Assembly (NCBI GenBank): GCA_003971905.1
Contig: RSEE01000078.1
Location: forward strand, 124,001-188,000
From: Moniliella sp. 'wahieum'
Lineage: Eukaryota
Length of the DNA: 64,000 nt
Reading direction: 5' to 3'
Shown: positions 36,793 to 49,339 of the stretch, in pieces
Layout of the letters: each line of letters begins with the position of its first letter
Numbering within the stretch: the first letter of the stretch is position 1
Translations under genes and position numbers: made by a program
The notes under the pieces: model-generated
Seen by the model: only the letters and a program-made list of their open reading frames with translations
Databases searched by the model: none
What the model was told of the DNA's origin: nothing

Positions 36793-39510
36793 TTACTCTG
36801 ACTCCGACGTCTGTTGGGCCACGGTGCGCGCCACATGGTCATAGTAGCCCTCGGCGAAGCGGCGAAAGATGCGCAGCATAAAGGCGCGTCGGGCCAAGGA
36901 GAGCAGATGCAAGTCTTCCGACGCATCGCGTGAGGTGGGTGCTTCGTCCCATGCTCCTGGGGGCGAAGGCAAGGGAGGTGCGCGCATTTGCAATTGCAGT
37001 TGCACGCGGTTGGCCTCAGCCAGTGCTTCGGCCCGCTTGGTACGATCGCGTTCTTGCATCAGCTCCTGGACCGAGTACACCTTGCTCGCCAGACGTACCC
37101 TGTCCGCCGACCCAATCGCATCCCCCTCGCCCGGCCAGAGGTCGGGTGTGGCAGCCGATCCACTAACGCCTCGATCCGTCGCCCCCACTTGTGCACATTC
37201 ACGTCCATCAGGAAGAACTTGCTATGCAGCACAGCGTCCGCCTCGACACCTTGCTGCAACGCCAGGGAGAGCAACTGCTGCAGGGCAAGAAACAATTTTC
37301 TCCGCTGCAGCTTGAGCAGCACAGTGAGTAACAGTTGCGGCGACCGGAGCCAGGCCGCGTCCTGGGTCGGATCCAGTAGGTTGGGTAGGCCCTCGGGATC
37401 GGTCAGGGCCAGCACCCTCTGCACCCGCTCCATCAAGGGCGAGGCCACCTCGGTTTCCGCGCCCAAGGCCAGATTGATGCCCAAGGTCGATAACTCATCC
37501 ACCTCTTCGCTTTCCAGCAACAGGCCAAACAGCGGTCGCATTTCCTCGCCTGCCAACGAAGATTTGCTGGCAGCGGCAATCAAGCGCGCCAAGAGTGGAA
37601 CCGAGGGCTGTGATGTCATACGTTTTCATAGCCGATTGCAGCAGTTCCCCCGCTTCGGCCAGACGGCCCTGGTGCAGACGTGCCTCCCAAAGGGTGCAAT
37701 GTGGCCGAGTGCAGTTTCTCACCGCGTTCTTGGAGTTGCGCAATGAGTTGCAGCCCGGCCTCTTCGTCGCGCTCCACCAGCACACGACGGCGCAGCAGGC
37801 GCGTCTCCGCATTGTACACCTCATTCATGACGGGCAGAACGGGAGCCGAACGCGGAGTGATGGGGGGCAGGGCGGAAGCGTCTTCCAGGGGAAAGAAAGG
37901 GTGGAGCCAGAAACGAGGCGCGGGTGTATTTGCGTTCGATGCGGCGCGTGCGCGCTCTTTTAGCCACAGCTCATGTTCCGGATCGTACCCCTTGGCAGCT
38001 TGGGACAGGATGGTCATCTGCTCCGGGGTAAAGAGCGGGCGGCAGGGGACACGAGTTTGCACTTGCCACGATTCGATCGACAGCGAGGTTTCGTCCGTGT
38101 CCATCATCATGTGGATCAAGCACAAAACACGCGCCCAGTTGGCCGTGCCTTCCTGAGGCACAGGCGAGCGCGGCGAACAGAAACGATCCAACAGAGGCAA
38201 CGAGAGAGCCTCCATTGCTGTATCGGCGGCCAGGCGTACCAGGCACGAGAAAAGAGTAGCGAGGCAATCCAGGTCCTCAACAGCGAGGCTGACGGCACTT
38301 CTCCTCGGGCCGCATACTCAAAGAAGACAAGTTCCAACAGCGCATAGCCTTCGATGGGGCTTCCTTTCCGCGCCCGGAGGCGTGGGCAGCAAAACAATGT
38401 CGGCCTGTCCAATGCCATGCGCCATCATGGTCGCATTGAGAAAGACATCTTCCAGACAGAGTGTACCTTGGGCGGGGGCTTGGTGGTATGTGCTAGCAGA
38501 ACGGTGGGCGGGTGGCGGCGGGCGGGCAGTGGGGAGGTGGCGCAGAGGACGGGGGGCGAACGCACGAGCGCCCTCGGCCAGATTCTTGGCCCGTAGGTTG
38601 CCCAATGCGTTTATGTTCCATTTCCGCGCTTGTTCCAGGTAGGTGAGCACCGAGGGCGGAAGTGAACGCGCATCTGCGACAGCACCTCTCCCTTGTGCCG
38701 AAGCGCAGTGTGGGCGACAATCTTGGCCAGATGGGGTTGGCGCATTTCCATCCCCAGTGCCGCTACCGAAACCCAAATCTGGGCCGGGATGGGGGTGTAG
38801 CAAGCCCCGGACGTGGGAAAGGACGTGGGCAAACATGGTTGGGTTGGTCGTGGTGCGGGTCCAGAGGAGGAGGAAGAGCTCGGCGAGGTGGTCGTCAAGT
38901 CGGCGTTCAGGAGGGTCATCGACACGGGCCAGGGGGGTCGGGTGTGCGTCCAAGGAGAATAGGGGGGCAAGGTGTGGGCGCAGGCGAGACCAGGCAGAAC
39001 GCATGGCAAGCACACGCATGTACTGGGCAATGGGGCCTGAAGCGAATTGAGCACGAATGCACCATGGGGCGTGGTCAGTCGGCATCGCTGGCGATACGGC
39101 CAGAAAGATCGGTAGAGGCAAATTGAGAGGGGAGAAAGTGGTGCTGTCGACTGTCGACAAGAGACCGTAGTTGTTGGGTGATCCTCTCAACGGGACATCG
39201 GGGGCAAGCGGTGTGCTGATGCCCATGGCCACCGCATCTTCGAGCACAGACAGAATGGCCTCGATGCGAGCGGTAGGTGAGCTGAAGGGGGCAGGGGGGG
39301 AGGGAGGCAAGTGGCGAGGCATGGGGATGGGTTGTGGATGTGGGTCCAGCGAGGGCGATGTGGGGAGGAGGAGGGGGGGAGGGAGAAGGCGATGGCGGGG
39401 GTGGGGCTGCGGCGAGGGGGATGGGGCAGCGTCGAGGCGCTGCGGACGCGAAGAGTGGAGTGCCTCCAACGGGCAGCGGCAAGGAGGGGGCGCAGCCCAG
39501 CAGCACGCAT
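36793..39510 (-). CDS. Hypothetical protein, probably mitochondrial, with possible helical (PPR/TPR-like) repeats
   Basis: Chain of long overlapping minus-strand ORFs; Arg/Ser-rich presequence-like start MRAAGLRPLLAAARWRHSTLRVRSAS; Leu/Ala-rich helical segments. Family assignment is inference. Confidence 0.6.
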
Positions 39511-40227
39511 AGCAGCTAGTGTGTCCGTTGCTGTACGGATGCTGCTACAGATGCCGCTGCCAATGGATGCGATGCCGGGCGCCGCTTAGGGATGTGGTGT
39601 TCCCCGGCCAGTATGGGTTAGCCAACCGGCAGCATCCTTCGCCGCTTAGCTCAGCCACGGTGCAACCAGCCTGGTGCTTATATTTACCCCGCCAATGTAA
39701 TGTTGCGCCAGACCGGCTCGCCGCAAAATCATTGGTCAGATGCTCACCTGTCACTGGTCACCCGAGACGGGCGGTGGAAGAAGAAAAGCGAGTAGGACAA
39801 CTGACCAAGACGAACGAGCTTGGAGGAGGAACAAAAGATCCAGTGCGAGTAGGGCCGGGGCACGCAAAAGAGATGAGAGGGGTAAGCTAACACGGGGGGC
39901 AAAGGAAGGCGCAGGTGTGTGGAAACAGCAGGGGATAGTGCCGCAGGAGGGTCTGTCTATATGTATGTGTGGTGATGAGATTCATCATCTCATGCCTCCC
40001 CAGCCCACCAACATGCGACCTTCTTGGAGGGAACCATCGCGTATCCTTCAGCCGCCAGTGGGCGAAGCACGTAACGTTGACCTGGCCGTTTCGCCTTTCT
40101 TCGTCCCGGCGACGAGTCCTCACCCCCGCGTGTCCTACATTTTACTATCACAATCTCATCTTCGCCTTAGTGCACATCAAGTCGAGAACACAGGAAAGAA
40201 GCTGACGATCCATTATAGCTTGACGCA

Positions 40228-42147
40228 TTACAACGCCTTGAGGATGCCTTCCACCAGAGCCACCACGCCCCATGCACCTGGGTCAGGCGGTGCGTCCTTC
40301 ACTTCTCCTACGTAAGTCGCGCGGCCAAGACGAGCGGTCTGGGTGCGGGTGGCCTCGGCTCCCTTACGTGCCGCCCCACCGCCTCCTTGAATGAGCCGGA
40401 CTTGGCAAACGTGCGGCACAACGGGTCCAAGGCATCCACCAAGGTCCGCATTCCTGGGCGGGCCGGCGTGTGATGACCCAGCGACTCGAGCGCCTGGAGC
40501 AAGGCGGTGGACCACTCCTTTGACGTCGCTTCCGCGCCCTTGGGCGCCGACGCAATCACGCTCTTGGCCAACGATGTAAAGAAGAGGGCATACAGTGCCC
40601 CACTGGTACCACCCATATTGTGCTCAATCACCTCGTCCACCGACAAGCACGTCCCTCCCGCCGACTTGAAGTCCAATTCTCCCTGTTCGGCCGCCTTCTT
40701 GACCGCCTTGGCTGCCTGGGCCAGCGTCTCCCCAGCATCGCCATCGCCCACGACCGTGTCAAAGCGCGTCATGTCGGGCTCGGCGGCAACGGCGGCATCG
40801 CAGGCCGAGATGATCACCTTCTTGACCAATTCGGGCGAAGGGTTGATCGGTCCCCCGGGTCCGACGCTGCCTGCGGGGCAGAAACTGACGTCTTCTTCGC
40901 CTGGGCCTTCTTGAGCGTCTCCCTGGCCTCGGCCAGTTGCTTGCTACGGTCCCGTGGCTTGCCCGTCGCGCCTGACCAGCCATGCGCCACGCCGGCCCAC
41001 CCCGACGCATCCGTCGGCGCATCCAACAACGCCAACAAGTCCACCCCAGTCTTCTTCTGGAACGCATGTTGGTTCACCAAGGTAATCCCAAAGCCGGGCG
41101 CATTGAGCGACGTCATGTAGGGGTGGGCATACACGCGGCTCGGGTACAGTCCATACCCTTCCAGTTGACCCAGAACCTCATCCACAACCGCGCTAATTTC
41201 AAGGTTGGACAGCCCTCCGAGGTTGTTGATCGCCACAATGGGCGCATCCTCCTTGTCAAACGCCACATACGCCCGGTCCTTATCGGTGGGGTCAAGAAGG
41301 TACTTGAGCATCTCCTTGATCAGTTCTTGTGGCGGTGGGGCGTGTTCAATGTGCTTCACTCCCGGCTCGTTGTGGATGCCCATGCCAATCTCAATGGCAT
41401 CGGGGGCGAGAGCGCCGTATTCCTCGGGGGCCTTGGGACGGCCCGGACATGAAGTGGTCCAGCGACGCTTGAATGTCACTGCCTGCGCAATAAACTCCCG
41501 CCCCAGCGAGGCCACCTTGGACAACGACCAGCCCAGCTCGGCCGCCGCACCCACCACCTTGCACGTCAAAATGTTGGCAGCGAGACCACGGCGGCCCACC
41601 AGCCCGCCGCGCGCCCGCCCCACCGCCACATCGTCTGCCACATTCACCACCTCCACACCCTCGTGGTCTTGGGCATTGGCATAGGCCAGCGCCGCACGCG
41701 TCTTCTCGGCTGCCAGGCCAAAGTTGAGCACATCACCGGTATAGTTGTTGACAATGATCAGGTACCCTTGTCCGATGGCGCCAGGTCAATGCCCGTGACA
41801 ATCGCCACCGTGGCGGGCGAAGCAAAATGTCACCGCTAATGCAGGCGCTTATCATGCCCTTGCCCACCACGCCGGCGTGACCAGGCTCATGGCCAGCACC
41901 ACCGCCGGCAATGATCGAGATCTTGCTGGGGTCGTGGCTGGCATCATACAGGACCTTATCCGGCTCGTACCTGGGGTGGCACCGGAAGGCAAGGCGAAAC
42001 GGAGGTTAGTAACAAGATCCGCAGGCGAGAGCAGAGCGGGGCCCAGCAGGAAACATACACGCGCAGCGACGGGTTCAAGGCGGCCGAGCCGCGCAGGGCC
42101 TTGACGACGAGGCCGTCGGGGTTGTTGAAGATGTGTTTGGTGGCCAT
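40228..42147 (-). CDS. DAK1: Dihydroxyacetone kinase (DhaK-DhaL fusion)
   Basis: MATKHIFNNPDGLV, GGGAGHEPGHAG, VNNYTGDVLNFGLA, GRRGLA, EIGMGIHNEPG, DTVVGDGDAG, MGGTSGALY, GRATYVG..PDPGAWG. Confidence 0.96.
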
Positions 42148-43855
42148 GAGGGGGGGGGGGCGTTGGTGGACAGAAGGAGAAGAGGGGCAAGGGCGGACGG
42201 TTAAAGGCTGCGAGCGCGCGTGGATGCTCAGCCTGAGAACGCTCAGGCCGGGAGAGAAGGCTAGGCGCTCTGGGGCTAGTGCCTGGGGGTGCTCGGGGGG
42301 CAGCCGGGAGCAGCTGAGAGCCGCGCACAGACACCCGCATGGGGGGCAGCACAGGGCAGCCTGGGCCGCCTGGGCCCCCCGCCACCGTCCGGACAAGGGA
42401 GACTAACGCGCTCCCGTCGAATCGGTGATCCCGCCGCTTGCCTCCGCCGCACCTCAGCGCCTCAGCGCTCGCTCCGGCGTGGGCTTGAGCAGCTTGAGCG
42501 CTTGAGCGCTGAGCATGCTCTGCTGCTGGGGTTGTGGCCGTGCGTTCCCAACCAACCCGCCAGGCGGCCCAAACCAATGCATGACGGCGTTGACTGATGG
42601 CTGGATGGCTGGATCGATGACTACCGCCGCCCGCCTCCCGGCTACCCCGCACCCCGCACTCGCGCCCCCTCTGGCCTTCCTCAGCCTCAGACCTCAAGCA
42701 GGAGATGCATGATTCGTAGCCGCAATCACATCACAAAATATCCATCCGAACGCTGGCGTGGGGAAGGCTTACCGGTGACCAGGTAACGACTCGTGGGTGG
42801 CTGTCTGGTCGCAGCCAGGGACCAGCAACTTCGGATGCCTACAGCTTGGCCCTGGCGCTGGCTACCGCCCTGGCCTGCTTGCCCGCGGCCTGGACTTGCC
42901 CGCATCCGGCGCCCCAACCGCCTGCGTCAATTCGGCGTCCGTTCCCGCCCCTCTTGTTCCACATCTCGCTCGGCCGCCGGACAAGCAAGCCAGAGCGGCG
43001 GGGCAGCAGCGCAAAAGCGCCCGCCCGGATTCGATGTGCCGGGTGGCAGGGCGGACGAGGGGCGTACATACATTTTTCTTCTACCCTAAGGCCTAGGGCC
43101 TAACATGTAACTGCTTAAGCCCCCCCCCCGCTTCGGCGGCGCCTGCTGTCGTATTCCGTCCGCGCAAGCCAAGCCCGCGCGGGCTTGAAGGCGATCATGA
43201 TCGATGTTCCGACTCACACTCACCGCTTGCCGTATAGGTCTAACATCCGAGAAGAACAGAGCCCAATAGTGTTTTCGCCGCATCTGTCGGCCAGCAGCCT
43301 GTCCAGCACACACCCTCTACCAAGTCCGCCGCTAGCTCCCCCCCCCCCCCCGCCTGCGTCGTTATCACTGTAGCCCCAGGACAGCGCCGCCGGCCATATG
43401 ATCTCACGGACCTAGTATCTTCCCGCTCCAATGGCGACACCACTGTCACATCTCCATCCGCCCTCTCTCTGCCTGGTTTGTTGCTTGGGTCGATCTCTCG
43501 CACATTCCCCGTGTGTTTGACATGTTGACAGAACTATGGGTTCACTAGCTCACTGCAGTACCATTCCAATCTATGTGAACTGGTGGAGAGCGAAATGGAA
43601 GGAGAGAGAAGAGACAAGGCACTCTGACTCCGTCACTTGCGCGCACACTGCAACCGAGATAGGGGCGAACGCCGAATTCTACGGCCACGGGCGACCCAAT
43701 ATCCGATGGGACCAACATGCTCGATTCGTTCCTTGCCCCCCCTCCGGCCGCACTACCGCTACACCAGGCCAACGACTCGGACAAGGAACCGATCCCGCTT
43801 GCTGCGGAATCCAATGCTGACCACGCCTCACACCCCCCACCGAGGAGCCGGAGCC

Positions 43856-43895
43856 TGAGTCCGAGTCCAAGCCCAAGCCCAAGCCCAAGCCCACG
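43856..43895. repeat. (AGCCCA)n hexamer microsatellite
   Basis: GAGTCCGAGTCCAAGCCCAAGCCCAAGCCCAAGCCC in the DAK1-ARC18 intergenic region. Confidence 0.8.
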
Positions 43896-44633
43896 CCCGA
43901 CGGGGAACCTGCCAAACCCAAGGGTTTGGCCAACCTAATGCAGCAAACGGCCACCGATGCGCAATCGCAAGCGAGCCAAGCATTTGTTTTTTCCTTCTTT
44001 GGCTTCTGACATCTGACATCTGAGATTTGAGGAGCCGGTGTTGGCGTTGGTTGGTTTGGTTGTCAGTTGTTCCTTTGCTGGCATTCGCACCATTCAATAT
44101 TCATCCCCTCTCGTGCTGGCCTTGGAGCTTCTTCCATGGGAGCTGCTCTCCACTTGTAATGAACACATTTGCACGACGATGACGATCTGGGGGACGATCT
44201 GGGGATGTGAGCCTCAGGTGGCCTGTTCTGGATGGAGATGAGCGTGATGGCCGGCAGAGCAGGAGAGCGTGGCCGTGCGAGGGGCGTGGGGCCGTGCTGG
44301 GCTGCTGGTTTGGTTTGGCGTGGCGCGTGGGACGGGCGGTGAATATTGACGGCAGAAGAGCTTTCAAGCCTAAAGAGGAGCTACGACGGCGAGAAGAGAG
44401 GGCCCGTGTCCAGCCGTCCGAGGCTCCATGGCAAAAATACGAACGTGGGGGCCTATCGGACGAGTCAACGCTTGGGCGCATTAGCCTCCACCAATCCTGG
44501 GCGCGGGCGTGCAGTAAACAAGCACTCAAGCACTCGAATATGAGCACCTTCCCAAGATATGCATTGTCTTACATTAACGCATCACACCAGCGCGGCGGAC
44601 AGCACCCCGGGCAAGTGTCCATTCGCTTTCGGG

Positions 44634-45380
44634 CTACGACAAGCTCTTGCCCATGCTAAAAACACAGTCAGCCCTGTCTTCTGCCAAAGGGGGGAGGGGA
44701 GGGGAGGGACGTACAACTTGCGTTTGGTGAAGGCCATCCAGTACTTGCTCGGCACACCATCGACGTAGATCTTGTCGACAAGGCGCAGGACGAGTTCCTG
44801 GCGAGCTTGGGTGAGGTACTGGCGAAGCAGGTCCGCGTCGTTCCGATCCCGCGGCGGCGCATACAGCGCGTTCAAGGGGAAATTGGCGTCGCCAGGCAGG
44901 GCGAATTGGTCGAGGGCCAGGGTGGTGAGCTGCTTGATGGCTTCGCCTTGGCTTAGCGGCACCCGGTTCGCCGCCACCTTGGCCAGACAGTCGCTGATAA
45001 AGAGGATAAAGTAGATCAAGTCCTGCACAGGGGGACAAAGGGGGGGGGGGTGGGGGAGTCAGTAGGGGTGGAGCTACGCAAGAGGCGGGGCCAAAGCAGG
45101 GCGTACTCGGTCGGCAGGACCCTTGATCTCAAAGTTGCGGAACAGCGAGTTGGCACGGAAGAGGTCAATCGACTCGTCGAGGATGTCAAACTGGGCAGGA
45201 TCGTCGGGGGGCGGGGCGGGACCGCGAATGCGCGTGCGCAGCGGTATGAAATGGCCATCGAGCCGCTGACCCGCACATTGGGGTCGTCATTGTAGGCGGA
45301 GTGGTAGGCCTGCAGGAGGGGTGGGTTAGCGAACGGCGGGAGAGGGGAGGGCGGGGCGAGACGGGGACACGTACAGGCAT
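44634..45380 (-). CDS. ARC18: Arp2/3 complex 21 kDa subunit (ARPC3)
   Basis: MP|AYHS.., LFRANSLFRNFEIKGPAD, FALPGDANFPLNALY, DLLRQYLTQARQEL, PSKYWMAFTKRK|FMGKSLS*; three introns. Confidence 0.96.
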
Positions 45381-45449
45381 GGCGTCGACGCAGAGGTGGT
45401 GGCGCTCAGCCTGGGCGCTGAGGCTCAGCACCCTCCGCTGCCGCCGCGA

Positions 45450-48016
45450 GCCAGCCGCAGGCGGAGGCGGCCACGATGCACCGCTGACGTAACAGAGTGC
45501 GCACGGTCACCGCGACCGCCCGCTGGCCGATGATCTCATCGATGACCGTCATCTGGTATGCATCGTCCGCGTCACACCTCAGGTCGCTTACATTGGACGT
45601 TCCGTTCACCTCGTCTATCGCTGTATTTGGGCGCGCCTGCAGCACTGAGAGCGTCCAGCTAGCTTCAAGCAACGCTCGTTTCATCATGGGACTGTGCAAG
45701 GCAGTGCGTAAGGCTCGGTTTCCGTCGGCCGGGTGAGTACGTCCTGCTGGGTATGCTCTTCCATCTAGCTCTGGCCAAGAACGTCAGGTGCCATGGAGGA
45801 GGTGCATGGTAGCCATGGGGTGCAACGCCCAAGTTGAGCAGGTAGGCTGCGTAGTCGGGACGGCCGAGCTGGAGTGCATGTTGGATGGCGTTCTGCAGCT
45901 CAATCGTGTTGGGCATACGGGGCTTGCGCTGCCCTTCGCGTTCCTCAGGCAGCTCCATTCCGGCGCGGGAGAAACGAGGGCAGTAGTTGGGAACCGAGTC
46001 CACCACTCGCACGGCTCCCGGCACCTCTACCAACTGGCAACTGTGCAGAAGACCGAGGGTGATGGCAGTCTGGGCATAGGTCTTGGCAACCTCCTCCCTC
46101 GGCCGGTGGCTTGCAACTGCCGTCGCTGACCTGCAAGGTAGGCACGCAGCTCCACCCGACGGTCGTCCCGCGGCAGACCCCGAACTGAGGATGGGGCTGG
46201 CACATTCTCTTGAGCAAGGATCAGTTCCAGTGGCATGGAGGAGATAAGGCTTGTCCGCCCAAGCCTATCCACCTCCCTGGCGATGCCATCCAGTGCGGAC
46301 AACACGCCCCCCTTGGAGGCGCAGGCAGAGCATACATCTCCTCCAATTGTCGCATCGCTTTCTGATGGGCGCCGGAAGAAAAAGGGTCAGGTCCTTCGTC
46401 CATCTCCACAAACCAGCCAGTCAGGCTGACAATCAGCTCAAAGCCCGCCGTCCAGTTCAGGTCGAGGGTGCGGAGGAGGAGCGTCTCAAATGCGCTCCTT
46501 CTCATGCTGGGCGAGAAGGCGGAGACCAGGAGAGGTAAGAAAAGACGGAGAATCCCCACGTCCCGTGCTGCCACTAGCGCTTCCAGCGCCTCTGCTAGCC
46601 CCGACCGAGGCGCCATGCTCTGAAACAGTTGCCCTCAAACCGCAGCCGGGCTGTTAAGAGCAGCTCAAGCGTGTCCTCATGCGGTACGCGGGTCGTGCCC
46701 AACTCCCTTAGAGGCAAAGGGATTTGGTCCTTAGGCACTCGTGTGCCTCGAGTGCCACACGCCGCAACAGGGCAGTAGGGAAGGAGGAGAGATGGACTCG
46801 GAAACATCGCCTTCTCCCCATCACGAGCAAAGACGGTAGCAAAGTCCCACGCTGCCCGTGCAACTCTTCAATAGACAAAAGATAGGCCTCCGCCTACCAA
46901 GGACAGAGGGTGTGCAAACGCCGCGTCCAAACCGCAGCGCAAATCCACTGGGTTCCAGTCTGATCACTCAGTGGTCGGGAGTGAGAGGTGCAAGGGATGG
47001 AACGGATCCCGCAACTTTTCTCGAAAGGGCCACTGACCTTCTTCCGTGTGTGGGGAAGCGCACCACGCGCTCCAGCTGAGCCTTGGGAAGGAATGCGGGA
47101 CTGGCACTATGTTTCACCCACTGCCCCCAGTCGATGCGCGGAAAGCGTAGGTAGGCGGGGAGGGGAGGGATAGGCAGTTGCCAAGCGTCCATCTTCAAAT
47201 GATCCGCACCCAGGCCAGATCGGAAGAAGGCTGGTGGGGAGGAAGATGAACGCAGTGGGGAGCGGCAAGAAGATGTTGTCGCCGCGTTCGATCTAGATCC
47301 GGGTCCTTGTTCTTGTCGTTCTCCTTGTCCCGTCGTTTTCCTTGTCTCTGGTCTTCTCGCGCGATAGTCTCTGGACTTGCTCTGTTCAGTGTGGGGGGGT
47401 CATGAGTGGAAGAGTGTGGCCTTGGCGATCGGGTACGTGAGCGAGAACAGGAGCGAGAGCGATTGTGGGAACGGGAATGGGAATGGGAACGGGATGGGAA
47501 TGAGAGGGAATGAGAATGGGGTATGTCGGAGGCGCGATTCGACCCCAGGTTCGTCTTGTTTAGAGGAACGTGATTTTTTATGCGAATGCCTTGAAGTAGA
47601 GGAGTGGTGATGCCGCTTTCTCTTCAGGTGTGAACCTAAGCAGGAACCATCTTGTGACGGCTGCACAGATCCTTCCCGGGAAGGTGTGATGGAGTGACCG
47701 TAGGGCTGGGCAACGAGCTACCATGGGGGTGTTGCTGGATACGCCTTCCACATAGCCCTCGAAGGCGGAGTCCAAAGGCGGATAAATGGCATACACGTTG
47801 CCTTGCAAGTTGAGTCCCGCGGCGTACCAGTTGGAAAACCAGCGGGACAGGAGATAGCGGGGCGCGGTACTCCACGCTCGTTGAGTCGGGCCGGAGCTTG
47901 CGGTGCAGCGTGCGGGACACAAGCGGCAAGACAGGAACGTGGAGGAGGATGTGGATGTCCTGCAGCACCTCCACCGGCAGCTTCTCGAGAGGTGCCAGGG
48001 GGGAGCTGGGCTCCAT
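45450..48016 (-). CDS. Hypothetical protein with N-terminal F-box-like motif and ankyrin-like C-terminal helices (one gene or two)
   Basis: LEKLPVEVLQDI..LPLVSRTLH at the start; His/Ser/Arg low-complexity linker; ALVAARDVGILRLFL and ALQLGRPDYAAYLLNLGVAP downstream. Many frameshifts; 3' end uncertain. Confidence 0.5.
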
Positions 48017-48454
48017 TGGTCGGTATCGCCCTCTGTACTGGTGGGAGTGTGGCGGCAATAGCAGTGCCCCTTGGGCGGAAAGAGCAGCGAAGCAGCGACG
48101 AGCGGGCCTGCCCACGGCCGTCAGCTGAAGCTTGCAGCGGCTTGCTCGCCTGGCTCCAAAAAAATTTGGCCCGCACCAGCTATCTATCACAAGTGCTGTC
48201 AGTGCTTATGTCACCTTGCGCCCGTCACGTGTTCTCATCACACTGCGTTATCTCATGAGTCACATGCCCATCACCACACAGCCTCGCCTTGCCTCGCCTC
48301 GCAGTCGCGGGTCGAATCAGGACTATGCGTCGTGACGCCCTAGGCTCAGGCGCTCAGCCTCAGGCCAGCTAAAACGCTAGTTTAGCCCTGAGCTGCAGCG
48401 TTAGCTCATACCATCTTGCTACCAACTCGTTGCATTTCTCGTCACGACCCCAGC

Positions 48455-48806
48455 ATGGTTCTCACCTCTGACATCCTCCTGGTCCTTTGCGCCATCATCT
48501 TCCCGCCGGCTCCCGTCCTGTTCCTGACAGGATGCTCGTGCGACCTGCTCATCTGCATTATCCTCACCCTCCTCGGCGCCCTGCCAGGCCATATCTGGGC
48601 CTTGTACATCATCTACAAGTACATCAAGGCACGGGAAGAGTTCGGCCTGCAGGGATTCGTGTACGTGGGTAGCGGCCACTACGAGGCCATTGGCACCAAC
48701 CAGTCCGCCCCTCCCCCTGGCGTACGTGTCACCAACCACCCTCCCCCCTTGGCATGCTGCGTTTGACTGACCTGATGGATGACCTCAGTACGGTGCTTTG
48801 GCGTGA
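48455..48806 (+). CDS. PMP3/Sna (UPF0057) proteolipid membrane protein
   Basis: DILLVLCAIIFPPAPVLFLTGCSCDLLICIILTLLGALPGHIWALYII; intron 48722-48788 gives the terminal YGALA*. Confidence 0.9.
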
Positions 48807-49339
48807 GCCCCTTCCTTCTTCCCGCGTTCCGTCTTGGTTCTCTCTGTCCATAAACACTGCCCGCGCTCGTCCTTCCCCGTCAGCGCTTCTGCCTGCAATG
48901 TATGATTTGCAGTCCAGCTCTTACAGTCCCTGTGGCTTCCATTTGATGATACTATGTAGCAATGACCGGGCGGAGGAGGTACGTGACCATACTTGCCGAT
49001 GAGGCTGAGCACGCTGGGCCTGTCGCACCTTTGATGTGGGGGCAACAAAGGAACGCACGTCGGTGGGTTGGAATGGTGGCGGTGATGTGCGCACAGGCGC
49101 CCCAGCGATGGATGATGTGTGAAGGATGACTCATCAGCCGCTGCTTATGTATTACGTAGGCCACGGCACGCGTATGAGCATGGCGTTTGGTAGGGTTAGG
49201 TGTTGATTGAGGAACGGGAGGGGTGATGGGTGATGTGCATGTTGAACTCAATCCACACCAAAAGACCAGCATTCTACTCGACGCCCACCACCCCCTCCGC
49301 TGCCTGCTGTCCGCAGACCGACCCAGTCGATTTGCTGCC

